From Promethearchaeati archaeon (GTDB lineage: Archaea; Asgardarchaeota; Heimdallarchaeia; Heimdallarchaeales; Heimdallarchaeaceae): a stretch of 64,000 nt of DNA. Each line of letters starts with the position of its first letter. The first letter of the stretch is position 1. The notes under the pieces were generated by a model. It saw nothing but the letters and a program-made list of their open reading frames with translations. It was not told the origin of the DNA and made no database searches. The stretch lies in the NCBI GenBank assembly GCA_013166775.1, contig JABLTJ010000004.1, positions 96,001-160,000 on the forward strand. Reading direction: 5' to 3'. The translations under genes were made by a program, and so were the position numbers. Below, in pieces: positions 30,308 through 40,734 of this stretch.

Positions 30308-33300
30308 TTACGATTTCCTGAATTTAGGTCCAGTTCTATAAAGAACAACTGACGTAACTACGAAACCAATTGTAACTAAGAATAAAGAAGCAAAAGCACC
30401 TATGGTACGGTTTGCATCTGCATTACTGATTTCATCTAGGAAATTCACCAGAAGGTATTCATAGAACTTAGAAGTTGCTCTGTGAACATCTTCTCCCCAA
30501 AAGAGAGTTCCCATGTTACCTGTTAATCCAGGATTAGTTGTGTGCCATGTTCTGTATCTATCACTTTCAGCTAAAATATCAGGATCTATAATCCATTCAT
30601 CTCTAACAGCGTCATAATAACCATATAACGTTGCATTAAGAAATGCATAAGCTTCTGAAAATCCTTCCACTCCTGTACAGTACTGTACTCTATCTTCTCT
30701 TAGAATAACACTTCCAGTGACAGGCTCTGCTCTCATATTTTGCATATGGAAAGGATCTCTGGAAAATCCAGGGAGAGAGTGCGTAAGCTCAAAATCACTA
30801 GGGCGGAAATCAAGATCATACATTCTATTCCATCTTCCTACGTGTATGAAACTAGAGTTCAGAAAGTTGGAAGTTATCATCCAATAAATATCTGTCATTG
30901 CTAATTGTCTGAGCGGTACAGTAGCTTGAGCAGTATAAACTAGAACATCTTGATCATAGAAGATAGCAGTATCTGTCAGAGAAGAATACGCAAATGGTCT
31001 AAAGAAGAATTCACTCCATTGTTGTCGTAAACCTTTTTCAGCATAAGGATAAACAGCAAAATTGTCGTAAGTTTCGTTAAATATTAATTCTGATTCTATA
31101 AGTGTCCAATCATTAAATTGAATCTTTGAATCTTGTCTCCAACACTCAACGAATGCATGCAACTCATCTCGTTCAAGTTCTTCAAAAGTGCCACCAACCC
31201 CTAACTCTAAATGGACAAGACCTTCAGAACCATCAGCAAGGTAAATATCATCTAGATCAGCAAAAATACCATATGCTGAACCTAAATGGTCAGTTCCATC
31301 AAATCTGTGTAGTTCTGTTAGGGTTGCAGGTGCAGTTGTACTTACAATTGTGAATCCATAATCACCTTGTGTAAGATAAGCTCTTGCTGTACCTTCATCA
31401 ACATAGAGATTGTTGAAATAAGTCTCTGCTGGATCGTAGGAGAATTGATCTAATTCTGTGAGAATACCATCAAAATCAACACTAAAAGTAAGTAATCCTT
31501 CTATTTGATCTAAAACATAAACAGTACTACCTTTAGCTTTGATATCAATAACGTTTTTGAGATTTGGAAAATCAGCTGCATTATAGTGTAACACATCACC
31601 TAAATAACCTGTAGCTTGCTCAATTTCTACAACATTGATTCCATCTGTACCTAGTGCTATATATGCATGTCTTCGATTATCGTTAACATCAATTGCAATA
31701 GCAGTACCGTTTAATGCTTTGGTCTCTATAGTTGTACTTATTGCTCCTTCTGAACCAATTGTATCGCTTATTCTAGCATATGTTATTCCATATACACCGT
31801 TAGCGATATACAGAGCATCAAATGGAAGACCTTCTCCCATGGAAGAATAATCTATATCTCGCATGTCAGAGTCGCCAAAATTACTCCATTGATCTACTTC
31901 ATATATTGAGGCTGGATTTGTTGCATTCAACACTTCTAATCCTCTTGCTCCTTCAACAGCATATACATATCCATCAACTACTGCAAAACCTAATATTTGG
32001 CCATCAGATCCAAAGGCTTGTTCTGTAGTTGTAACATAATCACCATATTGACCAATAGCCATGAACAATGGGTGAGTCATATTAACAATCTTAATATCTG
32101 TACCTCCTTCAAGAACATAAGCTAAATCATCTTCCACAATGACATCTGATGATTGAGAGTTTTCATAGTATGGGATGTTTGCAATCCCCAGAATTTTTCC
32201 GACATCTTGAACATCATATGTACCTAATTGCTCAGCGTAGAAAAGATCTTCAGTCCAATCAATACTATCACTTGTGAGGGTTTGATTTATAATGAATGGG
32301 AATCTTCGATTTCCAAGTAAAGGATCCTCAATACCTAAGATCCATTCAAGAGCTGTTCTTTTGCATACGTAAGAAATCTTGTTTTCATATAGCCAGTCAA
32401 CAGAAGGCCTACCTAATAGATATTGCAAATAAGCAGCAAAAGATTGTGCTAATTCTCTTTCATATACTGTATCTATATCATAAATATCTGCGAGAAGTTG
32501 TTCCACATCAACAATTAGATCGTTTGCATCATAATCCAATCCTTTCACTAAATCAATGAAGAATTTAGCTGAACCTGACTCTCCTTTTAATATAGAATAA
32601 TCATGACCATTATATTGTGCATCATACAAGATTTTATAGCTTGTGGCTTGGTCAAAATCAAGATCTGGGTATGCAGGTCGAACACTTAACCAATTATGAG
32701 GTAAATAAATACCCAAATCTAATAATCCTTCTTCCTCTGCATAGGTTCGATTAAGAACTGCATAGGCTAGTTCACTATCAGAATATACAACAGGATCACC
32801 CTTGAAATTTAAGAGTTCTTTCTGAAGAAGGAAGGCTGCAACATAAGCTTGAAAACCATATTCTGTTCCATTACCAAACTCATTAATATAATAAGGCCAC
32901 ATATAATTAAAATTCAAAACTGCTTCATCACCTGTTAAGGTTGAGGCTGTTGCGTTGAAAAGATATTGCTTTCTATAGGCATATACTATATAATCTCCTT
33001 CTATATCATATTCTAGAATTGTTTTGTTTATTATAATATCAAAGATAAGATCACCTTGAACGAAGTAATAAGCAATTGGGTTACCATAATCAAGAAAACC
33101 TGCACGATCACTTACATTGAAGAACTCAAAGAATGCTTGATCATAGAATAGTGAATCATTTTCCCAGCCACCTGTATACATCCACTCTGAATTCGCTCCT
33201 GAATCATCAAAGGGATCAAAATCATCTTCTGTTAATTTCCCAAAAATATTTAATCTTTCATTTATGTCCTCAATTTTATTCACAGAGCTTTGTGGGAGAA

Positions 33301-33379
33301 GAAGTCCGATTGTAACTGCTGAACCCACGAAAATAGTTATAATTAATATTCCTAAAGCTGTCCGAAATTCTGCTCGCAT
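30308..33379 (-). CDS. CD36/scavenger-receptor-B-like two-TM protein with inserted LVIVD beta-propeller
   Basis: TM at both termini; FFNVSD, RKQYLF..S, RTALEWILGIEDPLL, SLPGF and EPVTG......RVQY motifs; seven Y(V/I/L)...G..G(L/I) LVIVD-like blades. Confidence 0.72.
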   Translation of the reverse strand: MRAEFRTALGILIITIFVGSAVTIGLLLPQSSVNKIEDINERLNIFGKLTEDDFDPFDDSGANSEWMYTGGWENDSLFYDQAFFEFFNVSDRAGFLDYGNPIAYYFVQGDLIFDIIINKTILEYDIEGDYIVYAYRKQYLFNATASTLTGDEAVLNFNYMWPYYINEFGNGTEYGFQAYVAAFLLQKELLNFKGDPVVYSDSELAYAVLNRTYAEEEGLLDLGIYLPHNWLSVRPAYPDLDFDQATSYKILYDAQYNGHDYSILKGESGSAKFFIDLVKGLDYDANDLIVDVEQLLADIYDIDTVYERELAQSFAAYLQYLLGRPSVDWLYENKISYVCKRTALEWILGIEDPLLGNRRFPFIINQTLTSDSIDWTEDLFYAEQLGTYDVQDVGKILGIANIPYYENSQSSDVIVEDDLAYVLEGGTDIKIVNMTHPLFMAIGQYGDYVTTTEQAFGSDGQILGFAVVDGYVYAVEGARGLEVLNATNPASIYEVDQWSNFGDSDMRDIDYSSMGEGLPFDALYIANGVYGITYARISDTIGSEGAISTTIETKALNGTAIAIDVNDNRRHAYIALGTDGINVVEIEQATGYLGDVLHYNAADFPNLKNVIDIKAKGSTVYVLDQIEGLLTFSVDFDGILTELDQFSYDPAETYFNNLYVDEGTARAYLTQGDYGFTIVSTTAPATLTELHRFDGTDHLGSAYGIFADLDDIYLADGSEGLVHLELGVGGTFEELERDELHAFVECWRQDSKIQFNDWTLIESELIFNETYDNFAVYPYAEKGLRQQWSEFFFRPFAYSSLTDTAIFYDQDVLVYTAQATVPLRQLAMTDIYWMITSNFLNSSFIHVGRWNRMYDLDFRPSDFELTHSLPGFSRDPFHMQNMRAEPVTGSVILREDRVQYCTGVEGFSEAYAFLNATLYGYYDAVRDEWIIDPDILAESDRYRTWHTTNPGLTGNMGTLFWGEDVHRATSKFYEYLLVNFLDEISNADANRTIGAFASLFLVTIGFVVTSVVLYRTGPKFRKS

Positions 33380-33556
33380 AATGAATCCTCATAAATTTAA
33401 TTGTTAAAGTGCCGTCTCAACATATATATATAAAGGTAATGACCACAGCATTACATTACAGACGGTTTAAAGGAAAAAATGATAGAGCAATTATAAATCT
33501 ATCTCTGTGGTTTTGTGATGGAAAAATAAAGGAAGAGTTCGAAGATTGTTGGAAAC

Positions 33557-34858
33557 TTATTCTTTTTTATCTTCTTTTAATATTCGTTGAATCTTGTAGG
33601 TATCATGAAGCCAAATATCTTCTAATTTTGCTGTATCAAGATATCCTACAACTTCATTTTCTTCATTTAGCAACTCAATAATTACTTCAGATAGAATTCC
33701 ATACCTATTCAACACTTGCTTTGGTATCTCTAAATACGATAAAATTCCTCTAATAATAGCGCCGTTATTTCTGCGTTTTTGAATCGAAAAAACAACATCA
33801 AGATTTGTATATCTTTTTCTTATTTCATGATAATCCTCAGCTGAGAGACCCTCAGGTCCAGATTGAATAATAATGTAACCTCGAGTAGGTTTTTCCTTAA
33901 TATCATAACTTTCTAGAATCCCTTTTTGATCAATAATTCCTGATAAGAGAGGATTATTATCATATATATCCAAAGAAAGAAGATTGCACAATCCTTTTGC
34001 ATTATTGAAAGTTTTTGCAAAACTTCCAAAATCTGTATGGTAAAATTCAGAAGAATTTTGGGTTCCTATCATGAAATCTACTAATAGATTAGCTTCTCTG
34101 TGATACATTTTCTCCTTGAGAATATCAAATGGGATATCATTTGGATTGTTCTTTACTATTTTTGATTCATCCACAAGTATGAAGGGTAAGCTTTCAGTAA
34201 AATCTTTCTTCATCAAATAGTGAATAAAGGATAAAACTGAAATAGAATCTCTAATGATCTCATCAGTTTTTTCCACTTCAGCTGAATCTTGTATGAACAT
34301 AGGGAGAGTCAAAAATAAGACAATTTGGATATCTTTTTCTTTCAGTATCTCTGAAATTTTGTAAATTGCTCCAAGACTAAAAGCATCATTATCCAAAACA
34401 AGGAAGATAAAAGACACGTCTCTGAATATTCTTTCTATATAACTTGAAATATTCATTTTGTTTGATTCAAACCATTTAATTCCTCTTGAAAATGTTTGTT
34501 TATTGATTGGAGTTTCAGGTAGTTCTAGTGTAGGTATTTTCAAGTTGATCATTTCAGAGTCTGATTTACTGGCTAACAATAATGATTCAGGGAAACTGCT
34601 TTTAATTCGGTTCTTTATCACTGTGAGTATGGAACATCCCCTCTTCCCTGAGAAAATAAAACCAATTGATTTTGTTTTCTCTTCTCCTTCCAGATAAAGA
34701 GTATTTGATTTATCACAACCGATCAAAACAGAATCAGTTTGAAGACTGTCACTAATGATGTTTTCATGATAGAATTGATATAGTCCATTATACTTCTTAG
34801 GAACATCAATACCCACTTTTTTTCTTCTCCTTCCTAAAATAGATTTCATTCTAGACAT
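33557..34858 (-). CDS. degenerate tubulin/FtsZ-family paralogue lacking GTP-binding motifs
   Basis: Aligns blockwise with 36357-37499 (PFILVDESK/PILLFDNEK, AKGL/ARGL, TRGYIII/KRGYLTI, IRGILS/IRGVLT) but GGGTGS is replaced by DNDAFS. Confidence 0.65.
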   Translation of the reverse strand: MSRMKSILGRRRKKVGIDVPKKYNGLYQFYHENIISDSLQTDSVLIGCDKSNTLYLEGEEKTKSIGFIFSGKRGCSILTVIKNRIKSSFPESLLLASKSDSEMINLKIPTLELPETPINKQTFSRGIKWFESNKMNISSYIERIFRDVSFIFLVLDNDAFSLGAIYKISEILKEKDIQIVLFLTLPMFIQDSAEVEKTDEIIRDSISVLSFIHYLMKKDFTESLPFILVDESKIVKNNPNDIPFDILKEKMYHREANLLVDFMIGTQNSSEFYHTDFGSFAKTFNNAKGLCNLLSLDIYDNNPLLSGIIDQKGILESYDIKEKPTRGYIIIQSGPEGLSAEDYHEIRKRYTNLDVVFSIQKRRNNGAIIRGILSYLEIPKQVLNRYGILSEVIIELLNEENEVVGYLDTAKLEDIWLHDTYKIQRILKEDKKE

Positions 34859-34980
34859 TGTTTCTTCAAATACAGATAGTCCTCGTTATTTTTAAGACTT
34901 TTCGACTAAAGATACATAGGAGTATTTTAATGAATCAATACGAAATTGTTAAAAGTAAGCGCACGGTATAGAAACTTGTT

Positions 34981-36354
34981 ATGGAGTCGAATCTCACTAA
35001 ACCAACAGAGGTCAAAGCTAAGATTATTCAACCTGACAAAGTTGAACTTCCAAAATTTGAATTTGAAGATATGTTAATTGAGCATTATAAAAAATATCCA
35101 AGAACGGCAGGGATGATAGAAAATCCAAGGTACTTGGAAGCGTTGCAGAATCCTTTCAAGAAATTCTATCTTGTGCCCTTAGCTCTTTTTAGTTTAAAGA
35201 TGAATACGATTCTTTCATTAAAGTGGAAGGATTATCTTAAATTATGGTTATACATAGTGATTATGTCAATACCTACATTTATAATGATATATTTTCCGTT
35301 TGTGGGAAAAACAGATCCCCTTACTGGAAACAGGGTGGTCGTAGATGTAACTGTATCAATATACACGCCTATCCTTATAGCTGTTCTACTATCGTTATTC
35401 TATCTAAAATTCACACATGATGGTTTTCTAGGTTTAGTTTTGGAAAAAAGAGTGGAGTGGATAGAAGAGCCAGTAAGGAAGTATTATTCCAAATTTTATG
35501 ATAGAAAAATACCTAAAAATCCCTTGATAATCTTACTAGCATTAGGAACGGGATTAGCAGTTAATATTCCATTAATATTATCAACTCCGAGTATTTCTCT
35601 GTTTCCAGAAAATGTTCCATTATCACAAACATTTGGAATAATTTCTTGCATATTAAGCCCTATTTGGTTTTACATATTTTATGTTGAAACCTATTACTTA
35701 ATCCAAAATACAAGGTTATATTCAAAGATTCTTGATTCAATAAAAGAAAAAATCGAAGTTTATCTTAATGAATACGGCACACTACTAACAAGAGAAAACT
35801 ATGATATCATATGGGCTTTGGGTGATAAATGGAGCAAAGGTCGTTCAATAAGGCAAATAGAAAATATACCTGTTTCAGGTATCTTATCTGCCTTGGTAAT
35901 TACAATTGCTATGATGATGGGAAGCATCAACGCTATCATATATGGTATTGTAGGCAGGATGCCAGAGATAGGATTTAGTCTAGGAAAATTACTGGATAGC
36001 TCTGCACCTTGGACAGTAATTGTGATTGTAATTTCAGCTTTGCTCGCAATAATTCTGTTTTTAGTAGTCTTCCTACCTTTGAATTCACTTAGAAAGAAGT
36101 TAAAGAAATTTAAGATTAAAGCTCTAATAGAACTAGATAATTACATTTTCGCGAATGTAGTAGAATTTGAAACTAGATATGCAGAGGAAGCGAGAGAGGA
36201 ATCAGTAACAATGTTTCAATTGAGAGAATATATTGCAGGTATGAGAACATTCCCGATTTCAACAAATAAGATCTTTAGAACCATTGTAGCAATAGTTATT
36301 TGGATTGTGAATATTCAAAAAATCTTTAGAGCAGTCACACAAACAGGGGTATAA
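34981..36354 (+). CDS. multi-pass membrane protein (about 6-7 TM), function unknown
   Basis: Hydrophobic helices separated by charged helical loops; 2 bp from the tubulin-family gene. Confidence 0.75.
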   Translation: MESNLTKPTEVKAKIIQPDKVELPKFEFEDMLIEHYKKYPRTAGMIENPRYLEALQNPFKKFYLVPLALFSLKMNTILSLKWKDYLKLWLYIVIMSIPTFIMIYFPFVGKTDPLTGNRVVVDVTVSIYTPILIAVLLSLFYLKFTHDGFLGLVLEKRVEWIEEPVRKYYSKFYDRKIPKNPLIILLALGTGLAVNIPLILSTPSISLFPENVPLSQTFGIISCILSPIWFYIFYVETYYLIQNTRLYSKILDSIKEKIEVYLNEYGTLLTRENYDIIWALGDKWSKGRSIRQIENIPVSGILSALVITIAMMMGSINAIIYGIVGRMPEIGFSLGKLLDSSAPWTVIVIVISALLAIILFLVVFLPLNSLRKKLKKFKIKALIELDNYIFANVVEFETRYAEEAREESVTMFQLREYIAGMRTFPISTNKIFRTIVAIVIWIVNIQKIFRAVTQTGV

Positions 36355-36356
36355 CA

Positions 36357-37499
36357 ATGTCTTGGTTAAAAAGAAAATTATTCAAAAAGAAAATCTCAAT
36401 CGCAGTAATCGGAATAGGAAATGCGGGTTGTAAGATAGGTGATGAAATTATTCATCAGCTCAAGGAGAGCAATATCAATGTAAAATCTTTAGCAATTAAT
36501 TATACAGATAATTTTGAACCAAAAATAAAGCATTTTGCTGAAAATTTCTGGTTTGGAAGCCAAGATAATCCTTCTTCTAATAGTAATCTGGAGGATGCAT
36601 GGAATGAAATACAAAACAAAGAACTTAATCTAAAGAACAAGCTAGAAGACGTTGTATTTTACAAGAAAGGAGATAGAAAATCTGAAGATGATTTAGCTCT
36701 ACATCTTATTGTGGGAAGTGGAGGAGGAACAGGAAGTGCAGGAACAATGATAGCTAGTAATCTAATATTAGATATAACAGGTGACGCTCCTACAATCATC
36801 TACATTGTTCCTGAGAAAGATGAAGCTTCACTAATTCAGTATAATGCTGCAACCGCACTACATTTTCTAGGGTTCAGCGCAAAGGGTCCTCAATCTCCGA
36901 TTCTTCTATTTGATAATGAGAAACTAATGAAGATTCTCAAAGATGAGAAAATTGATGAGATTCTAAATATCTCCAACAATATTTTAGCTGAAATATTAAC
37001 TACGACAATATTAGCAGCTTTACAGGAGAGTATTCACCAAGAATATAATGCAGATTTGAATGACTTCTTCTCCTCCTTTACTAAAGAAGCAAGAGGATTA
37101 GGTGTAATTGTCTCTGTAGATAAGGAATTTGAAACTCTAGAGAAGGCTCAAAATGTTCGATTTTCTGATATTTTTTTCAACGAGCTAGATGAAAGTTCAA
37201 GTTTATCAGCTGATGTTACTAGAGCAAAAAGAGGATATTTAACTATAAATATGCCTACCACTTATCAATCAACATTTGAGACTAGGAAGATTGTAAAACG
37301 ATTTGAGAAAGGATCTATCAAAGTAGCATTAAATTCTATTGAAGAACCAGTTCTCACAATAAGAGGAGTTCTTACAGGTATTCATCCAGATTATGTAGAT
37401 AGATTCTGGGAAATTCTAGAAAAAGGCAGAGATGGTCGAAATGAAATTATAACTAAAGAAGAGAAAATTAGACAATCCCATATAGATTTGAAACATTAA
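36357..37499 (+). CDS. tubulin/FtsZ/CetZ superfamily GTPase
   Basis: T1 GIGNAGCKIG, signature GSGGGTGSAG, FDNE, T7 loop NADLNDF. Confidence 0.88.
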   Translation: MSWLKRKLFKKKISIAVIGIGNAGCKIGDEIIHQLKESNINVKSLAINYTDNFEPKIKHFAENFWFGSQDNPSSNSNLEDAWNEIQNKELNLKNKLEDVVFYKKGDRKSEDDLALHLIVGSGGGTGSAGTMIASNLILDITGDAPTIIYIVPEKDEASLIQYNAATALHFLGFSAKGPQSPILLFDNEKLMKILKDEKIDEILNISNNILAEILTTTILAALQESIHQEYNADLNDFFSSFTKEARGLGVIVSVDKEFETLEKAQNVRFSDIFFNELDESSSLSADVTRAKRGYLTINMPTTYQSTFETRKIVKRFEKGSIKVALNSIEEPVLTIRGVLTGIHPDYVDRFWEILEKGRDGRNEIITKEEKIRQSHIDLKH

Positions 37500-37604
37500 G
37501 AATTGCTTTTCTTCTCAGTATTTTTCTGTTTTTTACAATTTTCAAAAAAGTGAAAACTTATAAATATAGGCATTTTATCAGCCTAATTATAAACAGTGAG
37601 TAAA

Positions 37605-40600
37605 ATGACAAAACCTTCTGTTAATATTGAAAGTAAACTAAAAAGTAGAATTGAGATCACTCGAGTTTTTAATTTAATTCCTTGGGTAAAGCTAAAGCGA
37701 AAATTCAAAGGAGATGTTAAGGAAGATAACATTACAAGATACCTTTACTCAACTGATGCTAGTATATACAAAGTTAAACCTTTAGCAGTTGTACAACCAA
37801 AAGATGTGAAAGATGTTCAAAAAGTTATAAAATTCTGTGCTGAGAATAGAATACCTCTTCACGCAAGAGGAGCAGGAAGTGGAGTAGCAGGACAAGCGCT
37901 CGGAGCAGGGATAGTTATAGATTTCACTAGATTTATGAACAAAATATACGAGATAAATCCAGAAGAGGATTATTTCATAGCTGGACCAGGTCTGAAGGGT
38001 TCAACTTTGCAAAGAAAGCTTGATGTTTACAATAAATATATTCCACCTGATCCAAGCAGTTTTGATTATGCAACGCTAGGAGGAATGATAGCAACCAATG
38101 CTTCTGGAGCACATTCTGTTATGCATGGAGATTTCGATAAGTGGGTAGAGGAGTTAGAAGTAGTTCTTCCTAATGGTGAGATAATTACAATTAAAGAATA
38201 TGAGATGGAAAGTGACGAATTTAAATCCATACTCAAAGCCGATACAGCAGAAGCAGCGATTTATAAGAAACTTATTAAAATTTGGAAAGAAAAGAAAGAT
38301 TTGATTTTTGAATCTTATCCTCATCTTCCACACAATAACACTGGATATGAATTGAGAAATACGATAAAAAATGGCAAAATCAATCTAGTAAGAATGATAG
38401 CTGGATCGGAAGGGACATTGGGTCTTATAACAAAATTAAAAATGAGAATAACAACAAAACCAACCTACAAAGTTCTGGCATTAGCTTTGTTCGATGATAT
38501 TAAAAAAGCAGGAAAATCTATACAATTCATTCTTGAGCAACAGAAAGCAGCAATTGAGTTGTTAGGCAAGAAACTAATAGGCATGACAAGAGAAAGATAT
38601 CCTTCAATTGATGCGAAATTGCCTAAAGAATTGGATACAATGCTGCTTATAGAGTTTGAAGGCGAAGACCTCGACGAACTCAAAACATTAGCTGCTAATA
38701 CTGAAGAGATTTTGGTAAGAAAAGAAAAACTTGCTTTCAGTTATCGAGCATCAGATGATCCTAAGGAACAAGAAGAGCTTTGGGAAGCAAGAAAATCAGC
38801 AGTACCTTTGTTATATAAGATAAAAGGGGAAAGAAAAATAATTGCACTCTTTGAAGATGCAGTTGTTCCAACAGATTATTTAGGAGATTATGTGGCCGAT
38901 TTACAGAAAATCTGTGACGATTTAGAAATCGAACTACTGGCTTATGGCCATGCTGGAAAAGGATTGTTACATAATCGACCTCTCATAAATATGAAAGATG
39001 CTGAAGATATAAGAAAAATGGAGATATTAGCAGAGAAGAGCTTTGAATTAGTTCAAAGATATGGAGGAGTAGTAAGCGGAGAACATTCTGATGGAAGAGT
39101 AAGAGCTAAATTCATAAGAAGACAATATGGAGATGAATTTTTCAATCTCCTGCACGAAGTGCGATCTACTTTTGATCCTTACAGAATTTTCAATCCAGAT
39201 AACAAAATAACTGATAATGAAAATGTGTTGATGGAGGATTTTAGATATGGAGCTGATTATTCAACTATCAAACCAGATACTTTGCTAAGCTGGGAAGAAG
39301 ATGAGTTCAATACAACAATCGAAACATGTTTTGGATGTGGAAAATGTGGTATTGGTACTACTCATCTAGTTATGTGTCCAGTGTATAAAGGAAAGCATGA
39401 AGAGTTTGTTCTTCCAAGAGCTAAGAATAACATGATGAGAGGGTATCTTGAAGGAGAATATGGCTATGATGAACTAATGAATCATGAACTCTTCGAACAC
39501 ATAATCTATAATTGCATAGGATGCCAAAATTGTTCTTTTGAATGTCCAAGTGAAGTCGATACAGGTAAAGTAATGGTTGAAATGAAATCCCAATATATGG
39601 ATTATCATAGACCAAAAATTTGGAATTTCTTTCCAAGATCTATCTATCCAAGAGAAGCATATAAGCTATTTAGAAGATCTGCACATCAAACACACCAATA
39701 TATTAGAAATAAAACACTAGCAAATATTGGATTCATAGGAAAAATGGCATCGCTTTTTGCGCCTATATCAGGATGGGCAACCAGCTTTATAGGAACGAGA
39801 TTTGGTATGGATTTAGCAGTTGGAATATCCTACAAACGTAAAATGCCTAAGTTCACAAACAAGACTTTTCTCAAGTGGTGGAAAAAACATAAGAAATCAG
39901 AAGAATATCTCAAAGAAGGAAAGAGGAAAGTTGTCTATTACCACGGATGTTCTGCTAATGCTATTACTCCTGATGTTGGTATAGCAACAGTAGAATTGAT
40001 GGAAAAACTAGATGTCTCTGTTGACGTTTGTGACCAGAAATGTTGTGGCAGTCCAGCATTTTCCTATGGAGTGAAAGATGTCTATTCTAAATATGCACAA
40101 TTTAACGTAGATGAACTATACAAATATGTTCAGGATGGTTATGACATAATTACAAGTTGTACAAGCTGTGCATTAGCTCTAAAAGTCGAATTCGAAGAAA
40201 TGATAGATGATTCAAGGACAGAAAAAATAGCAGAACACACATACTTGACAACAGAATTTGTAAATAAATTAATGGAAGAAGGAGAGGTAGATTTAGAATT
40301 CGGAGCAATAAACGCAAATGTCGCTTATCACACTTCTTGTCATTTGAGAGCTCAAAGAGATATTACATCTGTATCATATGAACTATTGCAAAAAATCCCT
40401 GATTTAGTTACTGAAAAAGTAGTTGATACATGCTGTGGTATATCAGGAAGCTGGGGAATGAAGAAAGAAAATTATGATGCATCAATGAAAATTGGTGAAC
40501 CCATGTTTGATACAATTTCAAAAGAAAACATAGATTTTGCCTTAACAGATTGTCCCACTTGTGCCATGCAAATTGAACATGGAACCAAAAAGGACGTTTC

Positions 40601-40643
40601 CCATCCAGTAATTCTTCTGAACAAGTCTGTTGAAAAAAAATAA
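37605..40643 (+). CDS. FAD-linked oxidase / Fe-S oxidoreductase fusion (GlcD-GlpC, YdiJ-like)
   Basis: RGAGSGVAGQ, GSEGTLG, GHAGKG.LH, SGEHSDG, two 4Fe-4S motifs and two CCG domains. Confidence 0.9.
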   Translation: MTKPSVNIESKLKSRIEITRVFNLIPWVKLKRKFKGDVKEDNITRYLYSTDASIYKVKPLAVVQPKDVKDVQKVIKFCAENRIPLHARGAGSGVAGQALGAGIVIDFTRFMNKIYEINPEEDYFIAGPGLKGSTLQRKLDVYNKYIPPDPSSFDYATLGGMIATNASGAHSVMHGDFDKWVEELEVVLPNGEIITIKEYEMESDEFKSILKADTAEAAIYKKLIKIWKEKKDLIFESYPHLPHNNTGYELRNTIKNGKINLVRMIAGSEGTLGLITKLKMRITTKPTYKVLALALFDDIKKAGKSIQFILEQQKAAIELLGKKLIGMTRERYPSIDAKLPKELDTMLLIEFEGEDLDELKTLAANTEEILVRKEKLAFSYRASDDPKEQEELWEARKSAVPLLYKIKGERKIIALFEDAVVPTDYLGDYVADLQKICDDLEIELLAYGHAGKGLLHNRPLINMKDAEDIRKMEILAEKSFELVQRYGGVVSGEHSDGRVRAKFIRRQYGDEFFNLLHEVRSTFDPYRIFNPDNKITDNENVLMEDFRYGADYSTIKPDTLLSWEEDEFNTTIETCFGCGKCGIGTTHLVMCPVYKGKHEEFVLPRAKNNMMRGYLEGEYGYDELMNHELFEHIIYNCIGCQNCSFECPSEVDTGKVMVEMKSQYMDYHRPKIWNFFPRSIYPREAYKLFRRSAHQTHQYIRNKTLANIGFIGKMASLFAPISGWATSFIGTRFGMDLAVGISYKRKMPKFTNKTFLKWWKKHKKSEEYLKEGKRKVVYYHGCSANAITPDVGIATVELMEKLDVSVDVCDQKCCGSPAFSYGVKDVYSKYAQFNVDELYKYVQDGYDIITSCTSCALALKVEFEEMIDDSRTEKIAEHTYLTTEFVNKLMEEGEVDLEFGAINANVAYHTSCHLRAQRDITSVSYELLQKIPDLVTEKVVDTCCGISGSWGMKKENYDASMKIGEPMFDTISKENIDFALTDCPTCAMQIEHGTKKDVSHPVILLNKSVEKK

Positions 40644-40734
40644 AAAAGAAAGCTAATAATTAGCTTTCCAATTTTTCATTTTTCATAAGAAGACAAATAA
40701 TATAAAGTTATGATGTAACAGCTTCTTGAAAGCT

